From Paraspadella gotoi (Eukaryota > Animalia > Chaetognatha), in assembly GCA_051294375.1 (NCBI GenBank), contig CM119268.1, positions 9,061,187 through 9,125,186 on the forward strand: a stretch of 64,000 bases of DNA, written 5' to 3'. Each line of letters begins with the position of its first letter. Within the stretch, counting starts at the first letter, position 1. A model generated the notes under the pieces. The model saw nothing but the letters and a program-made list of their open reading frames with translations. It did not search any database and was not told the origin of the DNA. Below are positions 63,929 to 64,000 of this stretch, in pieces. Made by a program: the position numbers and the translations under genes.

Positions 63929-64000
63929 GTCTCGTCGACCTTTCCACTGTTAATAATACAGCCGAAATTGATCCCATTTCGTCGACCCCGTATCCTCCCC

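Overview
Eukaryotic (most likely invertebrate animal) draft-assembly DNA, not prokaryotic. It has AT-rich introns and intergenic DNA, GC/CpG-rich exons, very abundant (AG)n/(CT)n microsatellites, 7 N-gaps and many single-base indels typical of under-polished long reads, so most ORF-track hits are microsatellite artefacts. Main content: (1) a ~9.2-9.4 kb direct duplication (1-~9195 vs ~10010-~19390) across a gap, probably two haplotypes or an assembly duplicate. Each copy carries a Penelope-like retroelement remnant with a minimal hammerhead ribozyme, an intronless 186-aa ORF I cannot assign to a family (TATA+Inr promoter plus a GGTCA/TGACC palindrome), and the 3' exons of a large low-complexity minus-strand gene with phase-consistent splice sites. 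(2) A family of Helentron/HINE-like non-autonomous elements, two of them head-to-head as a ~4.4 kb palindrome (27411-31819). (3) A third hammerhead/pLTR copy at ~36.8 kb. (4) Two tRNA-headed elements that share sequence upstream of the tRNA head. (5) A minus-strand gene at 58.5-62 kb with an F5/8 type C (discoidin)-like domain. No gene symbol could be assigned. All calls were made by eye and coordinates of degenerate repeats are approximate.
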